A stretch of DNA of 64,000 bases, taken from positions 8,099,461 through 8,163,460 of the forward strand of contig NZ_CP114039.1 in assembly GCF_026965535.1 (NCBI RefSeq), in the 5' to 3' direction. The stretch's first letter is position 1, and every line of letters starts with the position of its first letter. Both the position numbers and the translations under genes were made by a program. Below the pieces are notes generated by a model that saw only the letters and a list, made by a program, of their open reading frames with translations, was not told the DNA's origin and made no database searches. Source of the DNA: Corallococcus sp. NCRR. GTDB taxonomy: Bacteria > Myxococcota > Myxococcia > Myxococcales > Myxococcaceae. This document shows, piece by piece, positions 48,801 through 58,223 of the stretch.

Positions 48801-49136
48801 TTACTTCCCGGGCGCGGTGTTCAGCTCCGCGCGCTTGCCCTTCTTGTCTTTGTACTCCTCGGCCTCGGGCAGGGCGGCCTTCTTCTCCGCGATGTTGGGC
48901 CACTTGGACGCGAAGTCGGTGTTGAGCTTCTTGTACTCCGACCACTCACCGGGCAGCTCGGTCTCGGGGAAGATCGCCTTGGTCGGGCAGACGGGCTCGC
49001 AAGCGCCGCAGTCGATGCACTCGTCCGGGTGGATCACGAGGAAGTTGGCGCCCTCGTAGAAGCAGTTGACCGGGCACACCTCAACACAGTCGGTGTACTT
49101 GCACTTGATGCAAGGCTCGGCGACGACGTAGGCCAT
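48801..49136 (-). CDS. fdxA: 7Fe ferredoxin
   Basis: Start at [26 protein letters not shown]. Second cluster motif [12 protein letters not shown]. Confidence 0.85.
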   Translation of the reverse strand: MAYVVAEPCIKCKYTDCVEVCPVNCFYEGANFLVIHPDECIDCGACEPVCPTKAIFPETELPGEWSEYKKLNTDFASKWPNIAEKKAALPEAEEYKDKKGKRAELNTAPGK

Positions 49137-49247
49137 GTGGATGTCTCCTCTGTGCGGAATTCCGCGCGTCCGTGGCCGCGCACAGTAGATGGTTGCGGCC
49201 AGGGTTGGCACCCTGAATTTAGGGCCCCACCCCGACTGCTTCCCCGG

Positions 49248-50336
49248 TCAGCCCAGCAAGCCCTGCGCCCGAAGCAGCTCGGCGACGAGGATGGCGCCCT
49301 TTGCGGCCCCCATCTTCGTGTTGTGGGAGACGAGCACGTACTTGAAGCCGTTCTCCAGCACACCGTCCTCGCGGATGCGGCCCACCGTGGTGGCCATGCC
49401 GCCGTGGGTGTCCCGGTCCATGCGGGGCTGGGGGCGGAACGGGTCGTCCAGCACTTCGATCCACCGGGGGGGAGCGGACGGCAGGTCCTTCGCCACCTGG
49501 GCGCCCTGCCATTCGCGCATCGCCTGGGCGACCTCCGCCACGGTGGCCTTCTTCCCGAGCGATACAAAGACGGACTCGGTGTGGCCCTCCAGCACGGCGA
49601 CGCGGGTGCAGGTGCAGGAGACGCGCACATCGTGCGGGGTGAGCGCCGCGCCCGCGGGGTTGAGCGCCCCGAGGATCTTCTTCGTCTCCACCTCGACCTT
49701 GTGCTCCTCCTTGGGGATGTAGGGCACGACGTTGTCGAGGATGTCCAGGCCGATGACGCCGGGCGAACGTCCGGCGCCGGACATGGCCTGGAGGCTGGTC
49801 ATCAGCACGGCCTTCACGCCGAAGCGCTCGGCCAGGGGGGCCAGCGTCACGGCGAGGCCGGTGGTGGTGCAGTTGGGGATGGGGACGATGAAGCCCTTCC
49901 ACCCGCGCTGCCGGCGCTGCTCGTTGATGAGCGGGGCGTGGGCGGCGTTCACGGGGGGGATGAGCAGGGGCACGTCCGCGTCGTAGCGGAAGGCGCTCGC
50001 GGCGGAGAACACCGGGATGTCCCGGGCCAGGCGCGGCTCGATTTCACGGGCGACGTCCGCCTCCACGGCGGAGAAGGCGATGTCGTAGTCCTTCGCCTGG
50101 ACGGCGTCGCCGCTGAGCACGGTCATGCGGGCGATGGCCTCCGGGAGCGGCTCCGGGACGAACCAGGCCAGCATTCCGTTGGAGGCGCGCAGGGCGTCCG
50201 CGTACGTTTTTCCGGCGGAGCGGGGCGAAGCGGCGAGCCCGGTCAGCTCGATGAACGGGTGGTCCTTCAGGGCAGCGATGAACTGCTGGCCCGCGAGTCC
50301 GGTGGCGCCAATGAGCACGGCGCGAAGCTTGGCCAT
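49248..50336 (-). CDS. asd: Aspartate-semialdehyde dehydrogenase
   Basis: 362 aa. NAD(P)-binding GATGLAGQ. Catalytic Cys region IPNCTTTGL. Confidence 0.88.
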   Translation of the reverse strand: MAKLRAVLIGATGLAGQQFIAALKDHPFIELTGLAASPRSAGKTYADALRASNGMLAWFVPEPLPEAIARMTVLSGDAVQAKDYDIAFSAVEADVAREIEPRLARDIPVFSAASAFRYDADVPLLIPPVNAAHAPLINEQRRQRGWKGFIVPIPNCTTTGLAVTLAPLAERFGVKAVLMTSLQAMSGAGRSPGVIGLDILDNVVPYIPKEEHKVEVETKKILGALNPAGAALTPHDVRVSCTCTRVAVLEGHTESVFVSLGKKATVAEVAQAMREWQGAQVAKDLPSAPPRWIEVLDDPFRPQPRMDRDTHGGMATTVGRIREDGVLENGFKYVLVSHNTKMGAAKGAILVAELLRAQGLLG

Positions 50337-50405
50337 CGTGGGGATTCTCCGGTGGGGGCGGCAGGGGGCTCCTTACACCGTTTCACGACGCACTGCATCC
50401 GCCGC

Positions 50406-50756
50406 TCAACGGTGGGCGTGGGAGGGGGCGCGCGTGTGGCGTTCCGTGGGGTAGCCCCCCGTCACCCAGGCGTGGAGCCCGCCGGCGAGGCACACGGCGT
50501 TGCGCCCCCGCAGGCGCAACACTCGGCAGATGCGGCGGATGTCCGCGCAGTCCTGGGTGGTGCCGCACAGGACGATGAGCTCGTCGTCCGGCAGCATCGC
50601 CAGATCCCGGGCCACCTCCGAGGCCGTCATGCGCAGCGCGCCGGGGATGTGGATCTCGAACCGCTCCCAGTCCATCGCGTCGCGGCAATCCAGGACGAGC
50701 ACATCCTCGTCCCCCAGACGCATGAACAGCTCATCGCAAATGATGGTGGGCTCCAC
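50406..50756 (-). CDS. Rhodanese-domain protein
   Basis: 116 aa. Active-site Cys loop LCGTTQDC. Confidence 0.7.
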   Translation of the reverse strand: MEPTIICDELFMRLGDEDVLVLDCRDAMDWERFEIHIPGALRMTASEVARDLAMLPDDELIVLCGTTQDCADIRRICRVLRLRGRNAVCLAGGLHAWVTGGYPTERHTRAPSHAHR

Positions 50757-50858
50757 CGGGACCTCCCCAGGCGACTGGCTCCATCGAACATGAACCGGAG
50801 GGCTTTTTCCCCTCTTCCCGCCTGTCCGCCCGCCTGCTCCCTGGAGCCCGCCGGGGCT

Positions 50859-52010
50859 TCAGAGTCCCAGCTGCTTGGCGATGATTTCGTTCATCACCTC
50901 ACTGGTGCCGCCGCCAATGGGCCCCAGCCGCGCGTCGCGCCAGTGGCGCTGGATGTCGTACTCCATCATGTAGCCCGCGCCGCCGTGGAGCTGGAGGCAC
51001 TCGTCCGCCACGCGGCAGCACGTCTCCGTGGCGACCTTCTTGGCCATGGAGGTCTGCGCGACGGCGTACTCGCCGGCCACGTGCAGGCGCAGCGCGTGGT
51101 AGGTGAGCTGCCGCGCGCACTCACGGGCGGTGTGCAGGTCCGCCAGCTTGTGGCGCACCACCTGGAAGCCCGCGAGCGTCTGATTGAAGGCGCGGCGCTG
51201 CTTCACGTGCTCGAGCACCGTCTCCAGCATGTCGTCCATGGCGCCCACCGCGCCCAGCGCGAGCGACAGGCGCTCCCACTGGAAGTTGCCCATGATCTGC
51301 GAGAAGCCCTGGTTCTCCACGCCCAGCAGGTTCTCCGCGGGCACGCGGCAGTCCTCGAAGAAGAGCTCCGCCGTGTCGGACGCGCGCCAGCCTACCTTCT
51401 GGAGCTTGCGCCCCACGCTGAAGCCCGGCGTGCCCCGCTCCACCACCAGCATGGACAGGCCCTTATGGCCGCGCGACGGGTCGGTCTTCACCGCCAGCAC
51501 CACGAAGTCCGCCCGCACGCCGTTGGTGATGTACGTCTTGGAGCCGTTGACGACGTAGTGGTCGCCGTCGCGGCGGGCGGTGGTGCGCAGCCCCGCCACG
51601 TCCGAACCGGCGTCCGGTTCGGTGATGCCCAGGGCGCCAATCTTCTCCCCCCGGATGGCGGGGGCCAGCCAGCGCTGCTTCTGGGCGTCCGTGCCGAACA
51701 GGTGCACGGGGCCGGTCGCGATGGTGAACTGCCCGGCCAGCCCCGCGGCCACGCCGCCGGAGCCGCAGCGGCCCAGCTCCTCCAGGAGCACCGCCTCATA
51801 GAGCTCCCCGGCCGCCGTGCCTCCGTAGGCCTCCGGGTACTTCAGGCCCAGGAAGCCCAGCTCGCCGAAGCGGGTGAAAAGCTCCCGGGGGAACTCCTCC
51901 CGGGCCTCCCACTCCGCCGCGAACGGGCGCAGCTCCTTGTCCACCACCGCCCGGACGGTGCGGCGGAAGGCCTCGTGCTCCTCCAGGTAGACGCCGTGAC
52001 CATGCAGCAT
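50859..52010 (-). CDS. Acyl-CoA dehydrogenase
   Basis: 383 aa. FAD/substrate motifs and catalytic Glu region typical of ACAD. Confidence 0.88.
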   Translation of the reverse strand: MLHGHGVYLEEHEAFRRTVRAVVDKELRPFAAEWEAREEFPRELFTRFGELGFLGLKYPEAYGGTAAGELYEAVLLEELGRCGSGGVAAGLAGQFTIATGPVHLFGTDAQKQRWLAPAIRGEKIGALGITEPDAGSDVAGLRTTARRDGDHYVVNGSKTYITNGVRADFVVLAVKTDPSRGHKGLSMLVVERGTPGFSVGRKLQKVGWRASDTAELFFEDCRVPAENLLGVENQGFSQIMGNFQWERLSLALGAVGAMDDMLETVLEHVKQRRAFNQTLAGFQVVRHKLADLHTARECARQLTYHALRLHVAGEYAVAQTSMAKKVATETCCRVADECLQLHGGAGYMMEYDIQRHWRDARLGPIGGGTSEVMNEIIAKQLGL

Positions 52011-52142
52011 CGTGTGCTCCCTCGCTTGTCAGGGCCTGACACCCCGCGCCGTATGGTACCGGGACGAGAAGCGCGGCCGGATGGTGTTGCTTCCTTGACC
52101 GGCTCCTATCGGGCTGCGTATAAACCCGGCCCCAATCGCTGC

Positions 52143-52214
52143 GGCGCCATAGCCAAGTGGTAAGGCAAAGGTCTGCAAAACCTTCATTCCCCGGTTCGAA
52201 TCCGGGTGGCGCCT
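52143..52214 (+). tRNA. tRNA-Cys (anticodon GCA)
   Basis: 72 nt GGCGCCATAGCCAAGTGGTAAGGCAAAGGTCTGCAAAACCTT..GGTGGCGCCT. Confidence 0.85.
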
Positions 52215-52221
52215 CATAGAC

Positions 52222-52265
52222 AAAAGGCCCGATGCGGAAGTCTCCGCATCGGGCCTTCTGCTTTT
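52222..52265. terminator. Bidirectional intrinsic terminator
   Basis: 13 bp stem GGCCCGATGCGGA-AGTC-TCCGCATCGGGCC flanked by AAAAG upstream and TTCTGCTTTT downstream. Lies between tRNA-Cys (+) and the convergent beta-helix gene (-). Confidence 0.6.
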
Positions 52266-52291
52266 CCGGGGGTGCCTTCCCGGAGGGGGGC

Positions 52292-53989
52292 CTAGCAGCC
52301 CAGCTCCACCGCGCCGATGTCCGGGGCCGCGCCGCAGAAGGGCTGGCCCTGGTCCATGCCCTTGTCCTGGGCGGCCACGGACGGGGCGAAGGTGTCCGTC
52401 ACCGTCACGTCACCGCCGGTGGAGGTGGTGTCCTTCGCGGCGGCCTTGAAGGCGTCCAGGGCCTGGAGCTGGCCGTTGGTCTTGAACTGCGCGCCGGCCG
52501 GGTAGAGGTTGTTGCTCATGTGGAGGCCGGGGGCCTGGCCGCCCATGTCCACGCTGACGGGCGCGTCCACGAGGTTGTTCTCCACGCGCAGGGACTCCGT
52601 GGGGCCGCCCGTGCCGTGGCCCAGGATGATGCCGGCCTTGGCGCGGGTGATGGTGTTGTTCACCACCACGGTGCCCTTGGAGTTCTCCAGGCGGATCCCG
52701 GTGCCTTCGCCGCCGCCCGCGTCGGTCATGTCGTGCACGCGGTTGCGGCGCAAGACGACGGCCTGGGGCACGGGGCCCTCGTGATTGCCGCCCACGGAGA
52801 TGCCCTTGGCGCCGTCATACAGCTCGTTGTCCTCCACCAGCACGTTGTTGGCGGAGTAGTGGATGACGAGCACGTCGCCCTTCGCCGTCTCCGACGGCCG
52901 GAACTGGTGCATCCGGTTGTTGCGGATGATGACGTCGTGGCACGTCTTGATGTCCACGGCGTTCTCCCGGTTGTTGAAGAAGTGGTTGTTCTCCACCAGC
53001 AGGCCCGTGGCGGGCGGCAGCTCGCTGAAGCCCTCCGGCCCCAGGCACTGCACGGAGTCACCGGACACGTCGTGGATGTCGTTGTTGCGCACGGTCAGGT
53101 CGTAGGACGCGGGCTGCATCACGATGCCGTGCGAGTCCTTGTTGCCGGTGGTCCGCACGAAGTCGTGGATGTTGTTGTTCTCGATGGTGGGGCCCTTGGC
53201 GTTGTTGAACAGGGTGACGCCCGCGCCGCCCGTGCCGTTGTGCAGATCCGAGTTGGCGAGCACCGTGCCCTGCACGTCGCCCTCGAAGGTGACGCCGAAG
53301 ATGGGCTGCCCCTCCACGTCGATGTCGAACCCGTCGATGATCCAGTTCGCGCGGCGCACCTGCACCGCCGCGCCGGAGCCGCTGCCCGGGGTGAGCTTGG
53401 GACGGCCCTCGCCCTGGAGGGTGATCTTCGCCTCGGGTGTGCCGGCCTTCGTGTTGTCGCCCAGCACCACGCGCTCGGCGTAGGTGCCCGCGAGCACGCG
53501 GATGCGGTCGCCGGGGCCGGCCTTGCTCACCGCCATGGCGATGGTCTTCAGGGGCGCTGCCTCCGTGCCCTCGGCGCCGTCATTGCCGTTGGGCGACACC
53601 ACCCAGTCATGGGCGGGCGTGGTGGCGGGCGTTTCCGCCATGGCCTGGGCGCTGACGGCGGGCTGGGGACCGGGCTCCGCGAGGGGCGCATGGTCCGCGT
53701 GCTCCGGCATCTGCGCGGCGGGCGTGTCCTCCACCGGCTGCACGCCGATGGGCGGCGCCTTGCCCGGGGTGGCGGGCGTCTTTTCCACCTTGCCCGAAGT
53801 CCCTGTGTTCGCCGCGGGAGCCTGGGCCCCCGTGCCGGCGTTCGATGAACCGCCAGTGCCGTCGCCAGAGCCACCGCCGGCGCCACAAGCAGTTGTCCCA
53901 AGCGCCAGGGTGCAGGCGGCCAGGGAGGCCATCAGGGTGCGTCGCGTCTTCAATCCGTTGCCTCCAAGAATTCGCATGAGCAGGGGCAA
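52292..53989 (-). CDS. Right-handed parallel beta-helix repeat lipoprotein (pectate-lyase-fold)
   Basis: Lipobox TLALGTTAC. Gly/Ser/Pro-rich linker. Repeated NNxIHD..G and NNxF beta-helix rungs. True start may be an internal Met. Confidence 0.65.
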   Translation of the reverse strand: MPLLMRILGGNGLKTRRTLMASLAACTLALGTTACGAGGGSGDGTGGSSNAGTGAQAPAANTGTSGKVEKTPATPGKAPPIGVQPVEDTPAAQMPEHADHAPLAEPGPQPAVSAQAMAETPATTPAHDWVVSPNGNDGAEGTEAAPLKTIAMAVSKAGPGDRIRVLAGTYAERVVLGDNTKAGTPEAKITLQGEGRPKLTPGSGSGAAVQVRRANWIIDGFDIDVEGQPIFGVTFEGDVQGTVLANSDLHNGTGGAGVTLFNNAKGPTIENNNIHDFVRTTGNKDSHGIVMQPASYDLTVRNNDIHDVSGDSVQCLGPEGFSELPPATGLLVENNHFFNNRENAVDIKTCHDVIIRNNRMHQFRPSETAKGDVLVIHYSANNVLVEDNELYDGAKGISVGGNHEGPVPQAVVLRRNRVHDMTDAGGGEGTGIRLENSKGTVVVNNTITRAKAGIILGHGTGGPTESLRVENNLVDAPVSVDMGGQAPGLHMSNNLYPAGAQFKTNGQLQALDAFKAAAKDTTSTGGDVTVTDTFAPSVAAQDKGMDQGQPFCGAAPDIGAVELGC

Positions 53990-54098
53990 CGCACGGTGTC
54001 GGGCGTTCTATTCACTGCCGGTCATCCAGGGCGAGACGCGCCGCAGCGGGAGGGAGAACCGTGACGCTCGGCCCCATGGCGGCTACGGTGCCGCCGCC

Positions 54099-55841
54099 GT
54101 GTCCAAAGCCGTCCTGCTCCTGACCGCCCTGATGCTCGCCTCCTGCGCCACGCCGGCGCCCTCCCCTGCCCCGGGCACCCGGGGCCTGGGCGAGCCGGAG
54201 GTCTCCGTCCCCACGAAGCCCGCCGACGCGGGCGTGACGCCCCCCGCCCCGAGTGCCCTGGAGGACCCGCTCACGTCGGGCCTGCCCGGTCCTCAGGACC
54301 TGAAGCGCCTGGACTTCCGCAACGGCGAGCCGCGCCTCCCCATCAAGCTGATGGAGGGCCGCGAGGCGGTGACGTTCTCGCCGCGCGCGCGGATGCGGCT
54401 GCGCTTCGGTGGGCCCGGCGACAAGGTGCTGGACGCGCCCGCGGGCTCGCGCTGGACGGTGCGGGTGACGCAGGGCGAACCGGCCCAGTGGAGCGCGCGG
54501 CTGCAGTTGGGCGAGTTCCGCTTCGCGGACAAGGCGGGGCTCGCGGAGGCGCAGGAGACGTGGCGCGCGCGGGGGCTCGCGGTGCGCACGCACACGCTGG
54601 GCTCCGTGTACGGCATCGCGGGGAAGGTCATCGACAACCGGCGCTACCTCCTGCTGAGTGAAGAGGCGCTGACGCCCGAGGCCGCGGCGAAACAGCAGAC
54701 GGAGCTGCTGCGCCGCTACGGCCTGCGCACCACGCTCTTCGAGGAGGTCCGCAAGCCTTCGCGCGCCATCCTGGAGCTGAAGGACGAGAACGACGCCGTG
54801 GTGGGCCTGGCGCAGGACCGGCTGGACGCGGAGACGCCGGACGGCAGCGGCTTCGACGTGCGGCAGGTGGAGTACGGCGTGGGCTACGACTTCCACGCCT
54901 TCGAGGACCGCAGCTTCCGGGGCGCGCTCCAGTTCGCGGTGGACCGCGGCGGCAAGCTCGCGGTGGTGAACGTGGTGGGCCTGGAGGACCTGCTCAAGGG
55001 GCTGGTGCCGTCCGAAATCTTCGCGCGCGCGCACCCGGAGGCGCTCAAGGCCCAGGCCGTCACCGCGCGCGGCGAGGTGCTGGCGAAGGTGGGCATCAAG
55101 CACCTGGCGGATCCATACCTCCTCTGCTCGGAGCAGCACTGCGCGGTGTACCGGGGCCGCACCGGCGAAGCGGCCAGCACCACCGCCGCGGTGGAGGCCA
55201 CCCGGGGCCAGGCGCTCTTCAGCCAGGACGGCCGGCTGGTGGACTCCGTCTACAGCGCCGTGTGCGGCGGCCACACCGAGGACAACGACGTGGTGTGGGG
55301 CGGCCCGCCGGACCCCAGCCTGCGCGGGCGGCCGGACCTGCTGGAGCCCGCGCCGGACGTGCCCGGCCCGTCCAACCTCAAGGCGTGGCTGGCGACGGCG
55401 GACGTGCCGGCCGCGTGCAGGCTGTCCAGCTTCGCGCAGCCCACGAAGTTCCGGTGGGAGAAGCGCTTCACGCAAGGCCAGGTGGACGCGCTGACGGAGA
55501 AGCTGGGCGTGGGCGCCATCCAGGGGCTCACCCTGTCCGAGCGGGGGGTGTCCGGGCGCGCCCGGCTGCTCACCGTGTCGGGCACGAAGGGCGCCACCCA
55601 GGTGCGCGGGGAGCTGAACATCCGGCGGCTCTTCGGGATGCTCAACAGCAGCATGGCCACCGTGGAGGCCGAGCGGGACGCCGAGGGCCGGCCCACCGGA
55701 TGGCTGTTCCGGGGCGGCGGCTGGGGCCACGGCGTGGGCATGTGTCAGACAGGCGCCATCGGGCGGGCGGAGGCGGGCCAGACCTATCCGGAGATCCTGC
55801 GCTTCTACTTCAATGGGGCGCAGGTGGCCCCCATCTACTGA
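54099..55841 (+). CDS. SpoIID/LytB-domain lipoprotein
   Basis: GTG start gives MSKAVLLLTALMLASC (lipobox). The ORF track began at 53484 inside the convergent gene. C-terminal SpoIID signature VYSAVCGGHTED..GGGWGHGVGMCQTGA. Confidence 0.7.
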   Translation: MSKAVLLLTALMLASCATPAPSPAPGTRGLGEPEVSVPTKPADAGVTPPAPSALEDPLTSGLPGPQDLKRLDFRNGEPRLPIKLMEGREAVTFSPRARMRLRFGGPGDKVLDAPAGSRWTVRVTQGEPAQWSARLQLGEFRFADKAGLAEAQETWRARGLAVRTHTLGSVYGIAGKVIDNRRYLLLSEEALTPEAAAKQQTELLRRYGLRTTLFEEVRKPSRAILELKDENDAVVGLAQDRLDAETPDGSGFDVRQVEYGVGYDFHAFEDRSFRGALQFAVDRGGKLAVVNVVGLEDLLKGLVPSEIFARAHPEALKAQAVTARGEVLAKVGIKHLADPYLLCSEQHCAVYRGRTGEAASTTAAVEATRGQALFSQDGRLVDSVYSAVCGGHTEDNDVVWGGPPDPSLRGRPDLLEPAPDVPGPSNLKAWLATADVPAACRLSSFAQPTKFRWEKRFTQGQVDALTEKLGVGAIQGLTLSERGVSGRARLLTVSGTKGATQVRGELNIRRLFGMLNSSMATVEAERDAEGRPTGWLFRGGGWGHGVGMCQTGAIGRAEAGQTYPEILRFYFNGAQVAPIY

Positions 55842-55960
55842 GGTCCAGGGAACAAATCGCGCGCACCCACGCGCGGTCTCGTGAATCTCTTTGATGTCCC
55901 GGGTGTTACGGGGCGCACGTTCGGGACTGAAGAAGCGGTCCGGAGGTTTATCATCAGGCC

Positions 55961-57205
55961 GTGGGCACGGGTTCCTCGACAGACTGGCGTCAGCGGCGCG
56001 CGCGCAAGCAGCGCGGGCCCTTGCGCTACCTGGTGGCGGGCATCCTGGCGCTCCTGGCCCAGGCCGCGTTCGTGGGCTTCGTGCTCCTGGTGTCGGCCGT
56101 GCAGGCGAACCTCCCGCATGAGAAGCGCCCCGCCCGGCCCACGTCCGTGGCGGTGAGGCCGCTCACGTCGGACCAGTGGGCGAAGAACCGGGGGAGCGTC
56201 ACCCCGCAGCAGACGAAGCCCCGCCCCACGGAGAAGCGCGAGCCGAAGGAAGAGAAGAAGCCGGACGAGACGAAGCCCCAGGGCCAGGTGGTGGACGTGG
56301 CGCCGGGCAATGATCAGCAATCCCCGGACGCGAAGTACCTGGCCGAGCACAACAACACGGTGCAGAAGGAGACGCGCGCGCGCGACCAGACGGCCTTCTA
56401 CCGCAACGCCATGCCCCAGCGGACCGCGCCCCAGAAGCAGGAGGGCGCCGCGCAGGACCAGGTGCAGCCCCCGCGCGTGTCCGGCAACAATGGTACGGGC
56501 GCGGACGACCGGGCCCAGTCCCAGGGCGGAAAGAAGCCCGTCTTCGAGATGCCGGAGACGCGCCGCAAGCAGGAGATCGCCATGAAGACGGATCCGCGCG
56601 AGCGCGGCCCGGGCATGGCGGTGAAGAACCAGTCGGAGAGCGACGCCACGCAGGGCAACGCGAAGCGCCTGCGCATCCAGCCCGGCGAGGGCGAGGACAG
56701 CGAGCAGGAGGGCTCCACGGGCCGCGTGGGCTCCCCGGGCCTGGCCACGCTGATGCCGTCGCAGGCGGCCATGGACAAGGTGGTGGGCGCGGCCCCCAAC
56801 GACATGCTCCGGGACCAGGAGGAGGGGGACGGCACCTTCCTCAACACGCGCGAGTGGAAGTACGCCAGCTTCTTCAACCGCGTGAAGCAGAGCGTGGGCA
56901 TGCACTGGAACCCCAACGAGCAGCTGCGCATGCGCGACCCGACGGGGAACATCTACTCCGGGCGCGACCGCCAGACGCTGCTGACCATCACGTTGGACGA
57001 GCGCGGCGCGGTGAAGGACATCCAGGTGGAGAAGAGCAGCGGCCTGGACTTCCTGGACATGGAGGCGGTGGCGTCCTTCAAGCGCGCGCAGCCCTTCCCC
57101 AACCCGCCGTCCGGCCTCCTGGGGCAGGACGCGACGGTGCGCTTCCAGTTCGGCTTCTTCCTGGAGATGGGCGGCGGCCCCCGGATGCGGCTGTTCCGAC
57201 AGTAG
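55961..57205 (+). CDS. TonB-family protein (C-terminal TonB domain)
   Basis: N-terminal TM YLVAGILALLAQAAFVGFVLLV. Lys/Pro/Glu-rich spacer. C-terminal TonB fold ..LTITLDERGAVKDIQVEKSSGLDFLDMEAVASFKRAQPFPNPP. Start codon (GTG) is tentative. Confidence 0.6.
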   Translation: MGTGSSTDWRQRRARKQRGPLRYLVAGILALLAQAAFVGFVLLVSAVQANLPHEKRPARPTSVAVRPLTSDQWAKNRGSVTPQQTKPRPTEKREPKEEKKPDETKPQGQVVDVAPGNDQQSPDAKYLAEHNNTVQKETRARDQTAFYRNAMPQRTAPQKQEGAAQDQVQPPRVSGNNGTGADDRAQSQGGKKPVFEMPETRRKQEIAMKTDPRERGPGMAVKNQSESDATQGNAKRLRIQPGEGEDSEQEGSTGRVGSPGLATLMPSQAAMDKVVGAAPNDMLRDQEEGDGTFLNTREWKYASFFNRVKQSVGMHWNPNEQLRMRDPTGNIYSGRDRQTLLTITLDERGAVKDIQVEKSSGLDFLDMEAVASFKRAQPFPNPPSGLLGQDATVRFQFGFFLEMGGGPRMRLFRQ

Positions 57206-57224
57206 GTCCCACGCGGGCCTCGCG

Positions 57225-58157
57225 GTGGACGGCGTGAAGGCACTACCCTGCCCCGCCGTGGAAGCCTCTCTTGTCGACCGCAGCGCCGCGCTCCAGGAGC
57301 GCAACCGGAAGGTCCGCTTCGTCCTGTTGGCCATCCTCGTGGCCAACTGGGTGGTGGCCGCCGCCAAGCTCGTCTTCGGCCTCATGGCCCAGTCCGCGTC
57401 GGTGACGGCGGACGGGTTGCACTCGTTCATCGACGGCGGCTCCAACGTGCTGGGCCTGGTCGCCATGGGCGTCGCGTCGCGGCCGGCGGACGCGGACCAC
57501 CCCTACGGGCACGGCAAGTTCGAGGCGCTCGCGTCGCTGGGCATCGGCGCGATGATTGGCGTGGGCATGCTGGAGCTGGGGCGCATGGCCTTCGACTCGC
57601 TCCTGCACGACAAGCACCCCACGGTGTCGGTGACGATGGCGGCGGTGATGGTCTTCACGCTCGTCATCAACCTCGTCGTCACCCGCGTGGAGCGGCACTA
57701 CGGGCAGAAGTACAAGAGCGCGCTCCTGCTCGCGGACGCGCAGCACACGCTGTCGGACGTGTTCGTGAGCATCGCGGTGCTCATCTCCATTGGCCTCGTG
57801 GCGCTGGGCTACCCGCGCGCGGACGGGCTGGTGGCGCTGGCCGTGATGGTCTTCGTGGCGTGGGTGGCCTACGGCATCGTCCGGCAGGCGGTGGGCATCC
57901 TCTCCGACACCGCGCGCCTGGACCCGGCGCAGGTGTCCCAGCACACGCTGTCGGTGGCCGGCGTGCGCTCCTGTCGCGACGTGCGCAGCCGGGGCATGGA
58001 GGAGAGCGTCTACGTGGACCTGAAGATTGAAGTCGACCCGCAGCTGACCACCGCGCAGGCCCACGAGGTGGCGGACAAGGTGGAGGAGACGCTGCACGGC
58101 GCCTATCCGCAGGTGGTGGACGTGGTGGTCCACGTGGAGCCCGCGAAGGCCCGCTAG
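57225..58157 (+). CDS. Cation diffusion facilitator family transporter
   Basis: 310 aa. CDF signature HSFIDGGSN..HPYGHGKFE. Six TM segments. Confidence 0.85.
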   Translation: MDGVKALPCPAVEASLVDRSAALQERNRKVRFVLLAILVANWVVAAAKLVFGLMAQSASVTADGLHSFIDGGSNVLGLVAMGVASRPADADHPYGHGKFEALASLGIGAMIGVGMLELGRMAFDSLLHDKHPTVSVTMAAVMVFTLVINLVVTRVERHYGQKYKSALLLADAQHTLSDVFVSIAVLISIGLVALGYPRADGLVALAVMVFVAWVAYGIVRQAVGILSDTARLDPAQVSQHTLSVAGVRSCRDVRSRGMEESVYVDLKIEVDPQLTTAQAHEVADKVEETLHGAYPQVVDVVVHVEPAKAR

Positions 58158-58159
58158 AA

Positions 58160-58200
58160 ACACGAGGGCCGCCTTCCAATGCGCTGGAAGACGGCCCGGG
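58160..58200. terminator. Putative convergent terminator hairpin between CDF transporter and gcvP
   Basis: 12 bp stem with one mismatch GGCCGCCTTCCA-ATGCGC-TGGAAGACGGCC. Confidence 0.35.
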
Positions 58201-58223
58201 TGATGGCTGCGTCCGAGGACGGC

